Assembly (NCBI GenBank): GCA_018303855.1
Contig: JAGVXI010000010.1
Span: 19,426-51,425 of the forward strand
Length of the DNA: 32,000 nucleotides
Origin: Candidatus Pacearchaeota archaeon
GTDB taxonomy: Archaea > Nanobdellota > Nanobdellia > Pacearchaeales > GW2011-AR1
Reading direction: 5' to 3'
The position numbers and the translations under genes are program-made. Each line of letters begins with the position of its first letter. The first letter of the stretch is position 1. This document shows positions 1 to 7,588 of the stretch, piece after piece. Under the pieces are notes generated by a model. It searched no databases. It was not told where the DNA came from and saw only the letters and a program-made list of their open reading frames with translations.

Positions 1-38
1 TAAATTAAAGAAATAAGCAATATAAATATTGCTATAAA

Positions 39-1709
39 TTAGATATATCCTTCTGGCGTGTAATATCGTGGCATGTTTTTTGTCTGCTGCTGACTTTGCG
101 TAGTAGCATAATTTCCTAACTCATTCATCTTAGATTTCATTATAAGAAAAACAACAAAACCAATTGCTCCGATGAAAATAATCACCAACATAATCCATAT
201 CCATAACCAAGAAGATTTGTTTTGTTTTACGCATTTTGCACCGATGCATTTCTCACCATCGTCACAATTAGAATCTGAGCTGCATTCTGGTGGGGGAGTT
301 GTGTTAGAAGTAGTTTGTGAGATTGTACAAAGAGTTTTATCAAAACGGCAAGAAGAAGTGCATGAAAGTGAGCCTCCAGTATAGTTGCCAACAACTTGGC
401 AAGTTTTGCTATTCAAATTAATTCCATCGCATTCTTCTCCAGAATCAATGACTCTGTTTCCACAGATATTTCCACTAGGAGATTCTCCCTGAATAGACGG
501 CTGCAAAAGTCTCAGCTTGTTAGTTCCTCCAATACAAGTTGCAGATTCAGAATTATTTCCATAAATTTTAACTTCTATGTTATAAAGCCCTTCTGAAAGG
601 TTTGTTGATTGCAACCAAGAGCAGGTAAAATTAACTTCAGTATAATTCACAATTCCATTATAGTTGCATAAAATCTTGTCAGATGCACCAACAACTGGCT
701 TGTAAATTTTGGCAGTGTAATTTACAATGTTAAATCCTGTAGCATAATTAAATGAAATAGATAAAGAATCATTATAAGATTTATTTACAATAGATGATGG
801 TTTAGTTATTGCGCAGGTTAAAACACTATTTCCTGCACATTTTCCATTAGCACATGTGTAATCAACACCAGCAGCTGCAGAGCAATTGTATTGTTGAAAA
901 ACTGCCAAATTCCCACTGCATCTTGATTCATTTAATAAGCCTTGGCTACAAACATCAGTTAAGTTTAAATTTATACTGCCAGTTTGATTAGCACTGCTTT
1001 TCACAAATATCCCATTATCAGGTGCAGAAGCATCGGCATCAACACAAGATTGTTGAATCACCCCACTCATTTTAAAAATGCTAAAATTATCACCAGATGA
1101 AATAGAAGCAGGAAAATTAACTGTAGAAACTAAATATTCTGGTGCACTATCCAAGGTGTCATAAAGAAAAAAACCCTGCCCATTTGAAGAACCAGAAGTA
1201 AATTTTAGCTTGTATTTTTCAGTTGGCAGAGGATGCACATTTTCGATAATGTTAGAAATTAAATTGCCCGTAATAGTAATTGTTTTAGGGTCAACGTTTA
1301 CACTATAAGAATTCACACTTGCATTTCCGACTTTAACATGATTACAAAAAGCAGCATAAATTGGATTAGCACAATCATTAGGGGGCTGATAATTATAAGT
1401 GCCTAAAAAACAATCAGTTGTATAATTTTTTAAATTAGAAGTTGCATTCAGCTCTGCATCACAAGTGTAGATTATCTTAGAGCAGGCCTTATCTGTATAC
1501 TCAATTTCACAAGCAGATTCTCCATTGGCATAAATTACTGTGCCAGAACTTTCTCTAGTCTTAACATATTCCAATCCTCCAACAATTACTATAGCTTTTC
1601 CTGTGATAATTTCCCCGGTAAGTTTGTTAGTAAAATTAGAAAAAGGAATTATCGCAATTAAGGCTATAACTAAGACTAAAACAAGTGCAATCACCCCCCA
1701 TTTACTCAT
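39..1709 (-). CDS. Cysteine-rich, N-glycosylation-sequon-rich type-I membrane/surface protein (putative glycosylated cell-surface protein)
   Basis: 556-aa ORF. N-terminal hydrophobic signal/anchor (GVIALVLVLVIALIAII). C-terminal TM (WLWIWIMLVIIFIGAIGFVVFLI) plus a ~35-aa tail. By my count, 26 Cys and 19 N-x-S/T sequons before the TM. The CGNRVIDSGEECDG...C...C module resembles the myxococcal-type cysteine-rich repeat. TATA TTTATAAA lies at 1731-1738. Confidence 0.8.
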   Translation of the reverse strand: MSKWGVIALVLVLVIALIAIIPFSNFTNKLTGEIITGKAIVIVGGLEYVKTRESSGTVIYANGESACEIEYTDKACSKIIYTCDAELNATSNLKNYTTDCFLGTYNYQPPNDCANPIYAAFCNHVKVGNASVNSYSVNVDPKTITITGNLISNIIENVHPLPTEKYKLKFTSGSSNGQGFFLYDTLDSAPEYLVSTVNFPASISSGDNFSIFKMSGVIQQSCVDADASAPDNGIFVKSSANQTGSINLNLTDVCSQGLLNESRCSGNLAVFQQYNCSAAAGVDYTCANGKCAGNSVLTCAITKPSSIVNKSYNDSLSISFNYATGFNIVNYTAKIYKPVVGASDKILCNYNGIVNYTEVNFTCSWLQSTNLSEGLYNIEVKIYGNNSESATCIGGTNKLRLLQPSIQGESPSGNICGNRVIDSGEECDGINLNSKTCQVVGNYTGGSLSCTSSCRFDKTLCTISQTTSNTTPPPECSSDSNCDDGEKCIGAKCVKQNKSSWLWIWIMLVIIFIGAIGFVVFLIMKSKMNELGNYATTQSQQQTKNMPRYYTPEGYI

Positions 1710-1730
1710 TGACTAATAAAGAAGAAGCAA

Positions 1731-1738
1731 TTTATAAA
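1731..1738 (-). promoter_or_regulatory. TATA box for the surface-protein gene (leaderless spacing)
   Basis: TTTATAAA lies 22-29 nt upstream of the ATG at 1709. The same spacing recurs at many genes in this window. Confidence 0.6.
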
Positions 1739-1792
1739 GATTATTGAAAATAGCTTGGTTTGATTAAATCTTCTGGTAATATCTCGCATAAA

Positions 1793-1811
1793 ATTAACTA
1801 AATTAGTTAAT
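1793..1811. repeat. 19-bp palindrome ATTAACTAA-A-TTAGTTAAT
   Basis: Read directly: 9-bp perfect arms around one central base, inside a cluster of GTTAAT words (1806, 1819, 1834, 1910). Confidence 0.5.
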
Positions 1812-1921
1812 CAAAAGTGTTAATATCCAATTCGTTAATTTAATTTATTTTATCATTTAAAAACATTTTTTATCCAAAAATTTATTCAGATGGTATATTA
1901 TAAAGTAATGTTAATAAAATC

Positions 1922-1948
1922 TTAAGGTTAAAGGCAATCAAACCTTAA
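1922..1948 (-). terminator. Possible hairpin just downstream of the valS stop
   Basis: Inverted repeat TTAAGGTT (1922-1929) / AACCTTAA (1941-1948) with an 11-nt loop, 5 nt after the valS stop on the minus strand, followed by a T-rich stretch. Arms are AT-rich, so support is weak. Confidence 0.3.
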
Positions 1949-1952
1949 AAAA

Positions 1953-4307
1953 TCACGCAAACTCAACATTTAATCTCCCTTCTTTAATCTCAACAGCATT
2001 TACAACATGCTTTAAATCTTCCAGCAAATCTTTCAATTTATTTTTATTTTTTTTCTCAATGCTTAAAAGAATCTCGGCTTTCATGCTTTTATTTGCTTGG
2101 CTTTTTGCTTGCCTGACTTTGCCTAAAATATCAACAAGCAAATCAAATTCGTCTGTTTTCCCAGCTTTCTCTGATTTTGGCCATTCACAAATATGAATAC
2201 TTTTTATCTTTTCATTTTTTCTAAAATAATTCTGATAAATTTCTTCTGTTATAAATGGCATAATCGGAGCAATTAATTTTAAGACTGTCAATAAGCTTTG
2301 GTATAAAACATAAAATGCTGATTCTTTTTCAGCCTTATTACCATTATAAACTCTCCATTTTACAATTTCTAAATAATTATCACAAAAAACATTCCAAAAA
2401 AATCTTTCAACTTCTTGTCTTGATTTGCTGTATTCATATTCTTCAAAAGATTTAGTAACATCTTTAATTAACAAATTTAATTTAGATAAAAACTGGTTAT
2501 CCACAACTGATAACTTTTTTGGCTTTTTTCCATTATAATCTTTTAGATTCATAAAAACAAATCTTGAAGCATTAAAAAGTTTTGTAATAAATTTTTTTCC
2601 AGCAATTAAATCCTGCTCTTGATAATCTAAATCTTCTCCAAGTTTACTCCCAGCTGCCCAAAACCTTAAAGAATCTGCACCATACTCATTCATAACTTCC
2701 TGGGGAGCAATGACATTTCCTTTTGATTTAGACATTTTCTCTTTTCCTAAAGTTACAAAACCAGAAACCATCACATTATTCCATGGCAATTTTTTTTCAT
2801 GCAAATAAGATTTTGCTATTGTATAAAAAGCCCAGGTCCTTATTATATCATGAGCCTGCGGACGCAAGGACATTGGTAATTTTATCTTATTATTTATCAA
2901 AGACAAAGCTATCTGAGGAGTTAAAGAGGAAGTTGCCCAAGTATCTAATACTTTTGTTTCACCCCTAGCACTTTCTTTGCATTTTATACAATTTTTCTTA
3001 ACTTGCATTGGATCAACAGGTAGTTCATTCTCTTTAGGTAAAATAATCTCCCCACATTTTTTACACTCCCACAAAGGAATAGGAACACCAAAATGCCTAT
3101 CTCTTGAAATCGTCCAATCCCATTCTAAACCAGAAACCCAATTTTCATATCTTTTAAGCATGAATTTAGGATGCCATTTGATTTTTTTACCTTGCTCAAT
3201 AAGTTTTTTCTTTATATCTAAAATTTTAATAAACCACTGCTCTGTTGGCAAAAATTCAATTCCTACCCCACACTTGTCATGGACATTCACGACATGAGAT
3301 ATATTTTTCTGCTCAATTATTAAACCAGCATCTTCTAAATCTTTTAAAATTTTCTCGCGCGCATCTTTTATGCCCATCCCCCCATAAGGCTCAACACTTA
3401 ATTTCCCATCATAAGTAAATACCACTCTTGGCTGTAATTTATGCCTATGTATAGCCTCAACATCATATTTATCACCATAAGAACACACCATTAAAACACC
3501 TGTTCCTTTTTTAATCTCTGCACTTTTATCAGCTAAAATTGGCACTTCTAAATCAAATAAAGGAACTTTTGCCTTTTTTCCGATAAAGTGAGTGTATCTT
3601 TTATCATTAGGATGAACAAAAACAGCAACGCAAGCTGGCAAGAGCTCTGGACGAGTTGTTGCAATTGGCAAATCTTTACCATTATCAACGATTTTAAATT
3701 TAAGTGTGGAAAATAAGCTTGGAAGCTCTTTGTCTTCTAATTCAGCTTGAGCAATAGCTGTTTGGCACTCAGGGCACCATATTGTTGGAAAATCTTTTTT
3801 ATAGATTCTTCCTTTTTTATATAAATCTAAAAAAGACTTTTGTGAAATCCTCCTGGCATTATCATTAATAGTTGAATAGCAAATATCATAATCACAGCTT
3901 ACACCTAACTTTTTCCAGTCCTCAATAAAATCAGGAGTAATCTTTTTTAAAGTTTTTAAGCATAATTCAATAAACTTAACACGAGACATTTCCCTGCTTT
4001 TAACACTATTAAGTTTTTCAACGAGCCTTTCTGTTGGCAAACCATTATCATCTGTTCCAAATGGGTAAAAAACACCTTGCTTCATTCTCCAAAATCTAGC
4101 AATAAAATCCTGCTGGCTATAAGAAAAAGCATGTCCTATATGCATATTTCCGCTTACTGTTGGCGGCGGAGTGTCTATAGAATAGATTTTGCCTTTTTTC
4201 TTGCTTTTCAAATCAAACTTATAAATCTTCTCGTGCTCCCAAAACTTTCTCCATTTTTCCTCAACAGCCTTTGCATCATAACTTGCTACACTTTTCTTAC
4301 CTTCCAT
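1953..4307 (-). CDS. valS: Valyl-tRNA synthetase (class I)
   Basis: 784 aa. Contains PPPTVSGNMHIGHAFSY (HIGH motif in the ValRS-typical context), KMSKSKGN (KMSKS) and a TTRPELLPA editing-domain signature. Confidence 0.93.
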   Translation of the reverse strand: MEGKKSVASYDAKAVEEKWRKFWEHEKIYKFDLKSKKKGKIYSIDTPPPTVSGNMHIGHAFSYSQQDFIARFWRMKQGVFYPFGTDDNGLPTERLVEKLNSVKSREMSRVKFIELCLKTLKKITPDFIEDWKKLGVSCDYDICYSTINDNARRISQKSFLDLYKKGRIYKKDFPTIWCPECQTAIAQAELEDKELPSLFSTLKFKIVDNGKDLPIATTRPELLPACVAVFVHPNDKRYTHFIGKKAKVPLFDLEVPILADKSAEIKKGTGVLMVCSYGDKYDVEAIHRHKLQPRVVFTYDGKLSVEPYGGMGIKDAREKILKDLEDAGLIIEQKNISHVVNVHDKCGVGIEFLPTEQWFIKILDIKKKLIEQGKKIKWHPKFMLKRYENWVSGLEWDWTISRDRHFGVPIPLWECKKCGEIILPKENELPVDPMQVKKNCIKCKESARGETKVLDTWATSSLTPQIALSLINNKIKLPMSLRPQAHDIIRTWAFYTIAKSYLHEKKLPWNNVMVSGFVTLGKEKMSKSKGNVIAPQEVMNEYGADSLRFWAAGSKLGEDLDYQEQDLIAGKKFITKLFNASRFVFMNLKDYNGKKPKKLSVVDNQFLSKLNLLIKDVTKSFEEYEYSKSRQEVERFFWNVFCDNYLEIVKWRVYNGNKAEKESAFYVLYQSLLTVLKLIAPIMPFITEEIYQNYFRKNEKIKSIHICEWPKSEKAGKTDEFDLLVDILGKVRQAKSQANKSMKAEILLSIEKKNKNKLKDLLEDLKHVVNAVEIKEGRLNVEFA

Positions 4308-4328
4308 TACTAAGATAAAATAACAAGG

Positions 4329-4336
4329 ATTATAAA
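4329..4336 (-). promoter_or_regulatory. TATA box for valS
   Basis: Minus-strand TTTATAAT lies 22-29 nt upstream of the ATG at 4307. Confidence 0.55.
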
Positions 4337-4379
4337 TTTTAGCTTTGCTAAAATTTATTCTATTACTTCAATTTTCAAC

Positions 4380-4496
4380 TCAACAATTGTTCCTTATTTC
4401 AATTTGTCTTTCAGCAATGCATCTTGACATAACTATAATTACCCGTCTGCCATGCTTTGCAATTTGTTTTGTTATGGTGAATTGTTTAGTGTTCAT
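4380..4496 (-). CDS. Hypothetical 38-aa basic protein, translationally coupled (below the track cutoff)
   Basis: My translation: MNTKQFTITKQIAKHGRRVIIVMSRCIAERQIEIRNNC. Its ATG (4496-4494) overlaps the TGA (4495-4493) of the upstream ORF as ATGA. It bears only a weak resemblance to half of an AbrB/SpoVT-type domain. Confidence 0.3.
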   Translation of the reverse strand: MNTKQFTITKQIAKHGRRVIIVMSRCIAERQIEIRNNC

Positions 4497-4786
4497 TTTA
4501 TTTTTAATGGTGGAACCGCTTCTGAAACTAAAATTCTAAGTCTTTCTTCCAATTCCATTCGCACTTGACTCTTTTTTAATTTGCTCTTAAATCTTTCCAG
4601 TAGATTTGGTTTTTGTTTTTGATAATCTGCTGTTTCAATCGTAAGTTTCTCAATAATGTCATAAGGGAATAAATTAGGGTAAAATCCTGTGAAATCTTCC
4701 CTTTTTATCTCATTGGTCATAATTGCAATTCCTGGAAATTTTTCCAAATGGTAAATAGCTCTTATGTATCTTGTTTCTTCTGTCAT
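4493..4786 (-). CDS. Hypothetical protein, middle ORF of the orphan operon. The frame is open a further 48 codons upstream and reaches an ATG at 4951 through a single in-frame TAA.
   Basis: 97-aa track ORF. Upstream in frame I read ATG ATA GTC CGA ATA AAC TAA (4951-4931) followed by KIGEPFYYYNLRTKFKTASITEDNSKKIWDILYEKIKIGFPEFSETTP-M... with no further stop. No family recognised. Confidence 0.55.
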   Translation of the reverse strand: MTEETRYIRAIYHLEKFPGIAIMTNEIKREDFTGFYPNLFPYDIIEKLTIETADYQKQKPNLLERFKSKLKKSQVRMELEERLRILVSEAVPPLKIK

Positions 4787-4952
4787 AGGGGTTGTTTCTG
4801 AAAACTCAGGAAACCCTATTTTAATTTTCTCATATAAGATATCCCAAATTTTTTTAGAGTTATCCTCTGTAATACTTGCAGTTTTGAATTTGGTTCTCAG
4901 ATTATAATAATAAAACGGTTCTCCTATTTTTTAGTTTATTCGGACTATCATT

Positions 4953-5381
4953 TTAATTTTCCTTCACAGGGCATCCCCCTTTTGGAGAATCAGATGTTCT
5001 ACCTAAATGCCACATTTCCCGTACTTTTTTACCAAAAGTTTTGAGAGACTCTCCTTCCAAATTAAATTTTTCGCTAGCTACGTCTTCCATCCATTTTATC
5101 AGATATGAAGTATCCTCGCAGTGTCCTATTATTCCTGGTTTTTCTTTTAGGATATTATCGAAAACATTTATTGTGGGTTTGTAGGAAAATCCAAGAAACC
5201 TTCTCTTTGGTTCTATTTGAGAGATTCTTATAGTTCCTCTGCAAGATATTGGATGTTCTCTGATATAAGGGGACATACCATATGCGATTTCTCTAAAATA
5301 ATCCATTACCTTATCTATCCCAATTTCGTATTTTACTCCTTCATGCTCAAATATCCCTATTCTTTCTGTTTGTTTTTCCAT
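4953..5381 (-). CDS. Hypothetical protein (first ORF of the orphan operon)
   Basis: 142-aa ORF with no recognisable motif. TATA-like TTTATAGT lies at -26..-33. The next in-frame ATG (4951) follows its stop by 1 nt. Confidence 0.7.
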   Translation of the reverse strand: MEKQTERIGIFEHEGVKYEIGIDKVMDYFREIAYGMSPYIREHPISCRGTIRISQIEPKRRFLGFSYKPTINVFDNILKEKPGIIGHCEDTSYLIKWMEDVASEKFNLEGESLKTFGKKVREMWHLGRTSDSPKGGCPVKEN

Positions 5382-5504
5382 TTTGTTTTACCTCCTATGA
5401 TTTATTACTATAAAGTAGATACTGTATAACTATACTTAAATTATTGTCATCATTAATATGACGAAAATAATAAAACTTAAATACACATGAATGCTTTATG
5501 TTTA

Positions 5505-6263
5505 ATGGAAAATATCAATGAAATGCTTGAAAAAACAGGCTTGTCAAAGAATGAAACAAAAACATATTTAGCTCTTCTTGAATTAGGTATTACATCCTCT
5601 AAAGCAATCATTGAAAAAACACAATTACATAGGCAAATTGTATATGACTCTTTGTCAAAATTAATAGGACAGGGGCTTGCTTCATATGTTATACAAGCTA
5701 ATAGAAAATACTTCAAAGCGTCTCCTCCAAAACAATTTCTTGAATTTTTCAATAAAAAAGAAGAAGAAATAAAAAAACAAAAAGAAGAATTTAAGAATAT
5801 ACTACCAAAAATTGAAGAAAGACAATCAAAAAAAGAAGATCAAGAGGCTACTTTATACTATGGAAATAAAGGAATTAAATCATTATTAGATGATATGTTA
5901 AATGAGAGTAAGGAGATACTAACGATAGGAGCATCAGATATTGGGGCAGAGGCTTTTAAGTACCATTTAGAATTTAATTTACCTAAGTTTCATAATATTA
6001 GGGAAAAAAAGAAAATTAAGTATAAACTCTTATTAAGTGAGGAATTAAAGGATAGAGCTAAGGAACTCTCAAAATTAAAGCATACAGAAGTAAAAATATT
6101 ACCGAAAGAGTTTACTTCAAATTCTTCAACTAATATATACGGCGAAAAGATATCAATAATTCTATGGGGGGTACAACCATTTGGGGTTTTAATCAAGAGC
6201 AAAGAAATAGCAGATGCTCAAAGAAAACATTTCAACCTTCTCTGGAAAATCGCCAAAAAGTAG
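5505..6263 (+). CDS. TrmB-family winged-helix transcriptional regulator
   Basis: The N-terminus LEKTGLSKNETKTYLALLELGITSSKAIIEKTQLHRQIVYDSLSKLIGQGLASYV matches the TrmB HTH pattern. The track start is 5487. I prefer ATG 5505 because CTTAAATA (5476-5483) then sits at -29..-22. Confidence 0.8.
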   Translation: MENINEMLEKTGLSKNETKTYLALLELGITSSKAIIEKTQLHRQIVYDSLSKLIGQGLASYVIQANRKYFKASPPKQFLEFFNKKEEEIKKQKEEFKNILPKIEERQSKKEDQEATLYYGNKGIKSLLDDMLNESKEILTIGASDIGAEAFKYHLEFNLPKFHNIREKKKIKYKLLLSEELKDRAKELSKLKHTEVKILPKEFTSNSSTNIYGEKISIILWGVQPFGVLIKSKEIADAQRKHFNLLWKIAKK

Positions 6264-6363
6264 AATATACAAAATAAGAAACATCAAAAACAAAAAACAA
6301 AGGGTTTATATATAAGCTATATATAATTGATATATAATAAACTATGTATGGGAATAAAATAAG

Positions 6364-6606
6364 ATGAAAATGACTCAAGAAAATGAACAATCAACAATTC
6401 TTTTAAGAAGAGAGGTAATTGAAATGTTAAAAAAAGCAAGAGAACACCCAAGGCAGACCTATAATGAATTAATTGAAAAGATGTTGGATGTATTCTTAAA
6501 AATAAAAGAACGAAACCAGTACGATGAATTCCTTCATAAAATACAACAGCCAAAAATGAAAGAGCTTTGGAACAACAAAGAAGACGAGGCTTGGGAAAAA
6601 ATATAA
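6364..6606 (+). CDS. Putative ribbon-helix-helix type antitoxin
   Basis: 80 aa. STILLRREVIEMLKKAREHPRQTYNELIEKML fits a beta-strand/helix RHH pattern. Its stop lies 1 nt before the ATG of the MazF-like ORF. Confidence 0.65.
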   Translation: MKMTQENEQSTILLRREVIEMLKKAREHPRQTYNELIEKMLDVFLKIKERNQYDEFLHKIQQPKMKELWNNKEDEAWEKI

Positions 6607-6607
6607 A

Positions 6608-6916
6608 ATGCCTGGCTATAATTTTGGCGATGTTATCTTAGCTTCTGTACAATTTATTGATACTTTTGAGGTTAAAAAACGCCCGGCACTTGTTCTTTTT
6701 GAAGAGCAAGGAAATGTTGTTGTGACAGGAATCACATCTAACTTAAAAATGAAAGGAATTCCAATGCATAAAAAAGAAGGGGCAATAAAAGAAAGCGTAA
6801 TAAAACTTAATTATATTTTTACTATATCAGAAAAAATGATAGAACGAACATTATTTCAGATATCAAAAGAAAAAAGAGAAATTATCAAAAAAGAGTTATT
6901 TAAGAAGATTCAATAA
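6608..6916 (+). CDS. mazF: PemK/MazF-like toxin (type II toxin-antitoxin endoribonuclease family)
   Basis: 102 aa. GDVILASVQF...KKRPALVL...VVVTGITSN follows the PemK/MazF consensus (GDIv..f....KxRPalVls....v.vvpiTs). Confidence 0.78.
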   Translation: MPGYNFGDVILASVQFIDTFEVKKRPALVLFEEQGNVVVTGITSNLKMKGIPMHKKEGAIKESVIKLNYIFTISEKMIERTLFQISKEKREIIKKELFKKIQ

Positions 6917-6946
6917 TTATTTAAAAACGATTTCTGTTAGCTTAAC

Positions 6947-7561
6947 ATGAAAACAACTAAAGCGCTTGCTCAACTTTCCGCTTTAAAAAAGCATGCCAAA
7001 AAATTAAGATTAGCAGCAGATTCTTGGGATTGTGATTGGAAAACGCTCATTGCAACTTTAATGTCAGCTCGAACAACAGACAAGAAAACAATTCCAACAG
7101 CAGAACAACTTTATAAAAAATATTCAACCTTAAAAAAATTAAGCAAAGCAAAAACATCTGACATTGCAAAAATAATTCGTCCTGTCAATTTTTATAAAAC
7201 AAAAGCAAAACATGTTTCAGAATTATCCAAGCTTCTCATTCTAACCTATCAAGGCAAAGTTCCACACAAATTTGAAGAATTAACAGAACTTCCAGGAGTT
7301 GGAAGAAAAACAGCCAATGTCTTTTTAGCAGAAAAAGGCCAAGCAAAAATTGGGGTGGACACACATGTAACTTACATCTCAAAATACTTGGACTGGACAA
7401 AACACACTCAACAACAAAAAATTGAATATGACTTAGAAAAACTCTTTCCAAAAAAATACTGGGATAAGATTAACTGGATTCTTGTTAGATTTGGACAAAC
7501 CTATACAAGCAGAAAAGAAAAAAATAGGATTTTAGACAATATTAAAAGGATAAAACATTAA
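6947..7561 (+). CDS. nth: Endonuclease III-like HhH-GPD DNA glycosylase/lyase, lacking the C-terminal 4Fe-4S cysteine cluster
   Basis: Contains LPGVGRKTANVFL (HhH with catalytic Lys) and GVDTHV (catalytic Asp). Only one Cys in the whole 204-aa protein (WDCDW). Confidence 0.88.
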   Translation: MKTTKALAQLSALKKHAKKLRLAADSWDCDWKTLIATLMSARTTDKKTIPTAEQLYKKYSTLKKLSKAKTSDIAKIIRPVNFYKTKAKHVSELSKLLILTYQGKVPHKFEELTELPGVGRKTANVFLAEKGQAKIGVDTHVTYISKYLDWTKHTQQQKIEYDLEKLFPKKYWDKINWILVRFGQTYTSRKEKNRILDNIKRIKH

Positions 7562-7588
7562 ATAAAGTAAAGAAGATTTAAATAAAAA

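Noticed and set aside
2783-4313. Plus-strand track ORFs antisense to valS (2783-2968, 2977-3297, 4077-4313). There are analogous antisense ORFs inside other genes, for example 10913-11500 in minD, 18111-19233 in lig, 21489-22379 in mcm, 24275-24798 and 26499-26932.
   Set aside because: These are shadow ORFs opposite strongly supported genes. Their composition is low-complexity, and they have no promoter boxes at the characteristic distance.
4345-4539. Plus-strand 64-aa ORF in the valS upstream spacer.
   Set aside because: It is a hydrophobic, low-complexity translation. It overlaps the better-supported minus-strand coupled ORFs and has no TATA at -22..-31.
4931-4933. The in-frame TAA as evidence for a reassigned stop codon (alternative genetic code).
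   Set aside because: All recognisable conserved genes in the window (valS, metG, lig, mcm, tbp, rpl15e and others) are full length under the standard code, with no internal TAA, and several end in TAA. Code reassignment is therefore very unlikely.
5391-5395. GGAGG (minus strand) 9 nt upstream of the 142-aa ORF start, considered as a Shine-Dalgarno site.
   Set aside because: The only TATA-like box (5407-5414) predicts a transcription start about 3 nt upstream of the ATG. The GGAGG would then not be in the mRNA. This is left unresolved rather than called.
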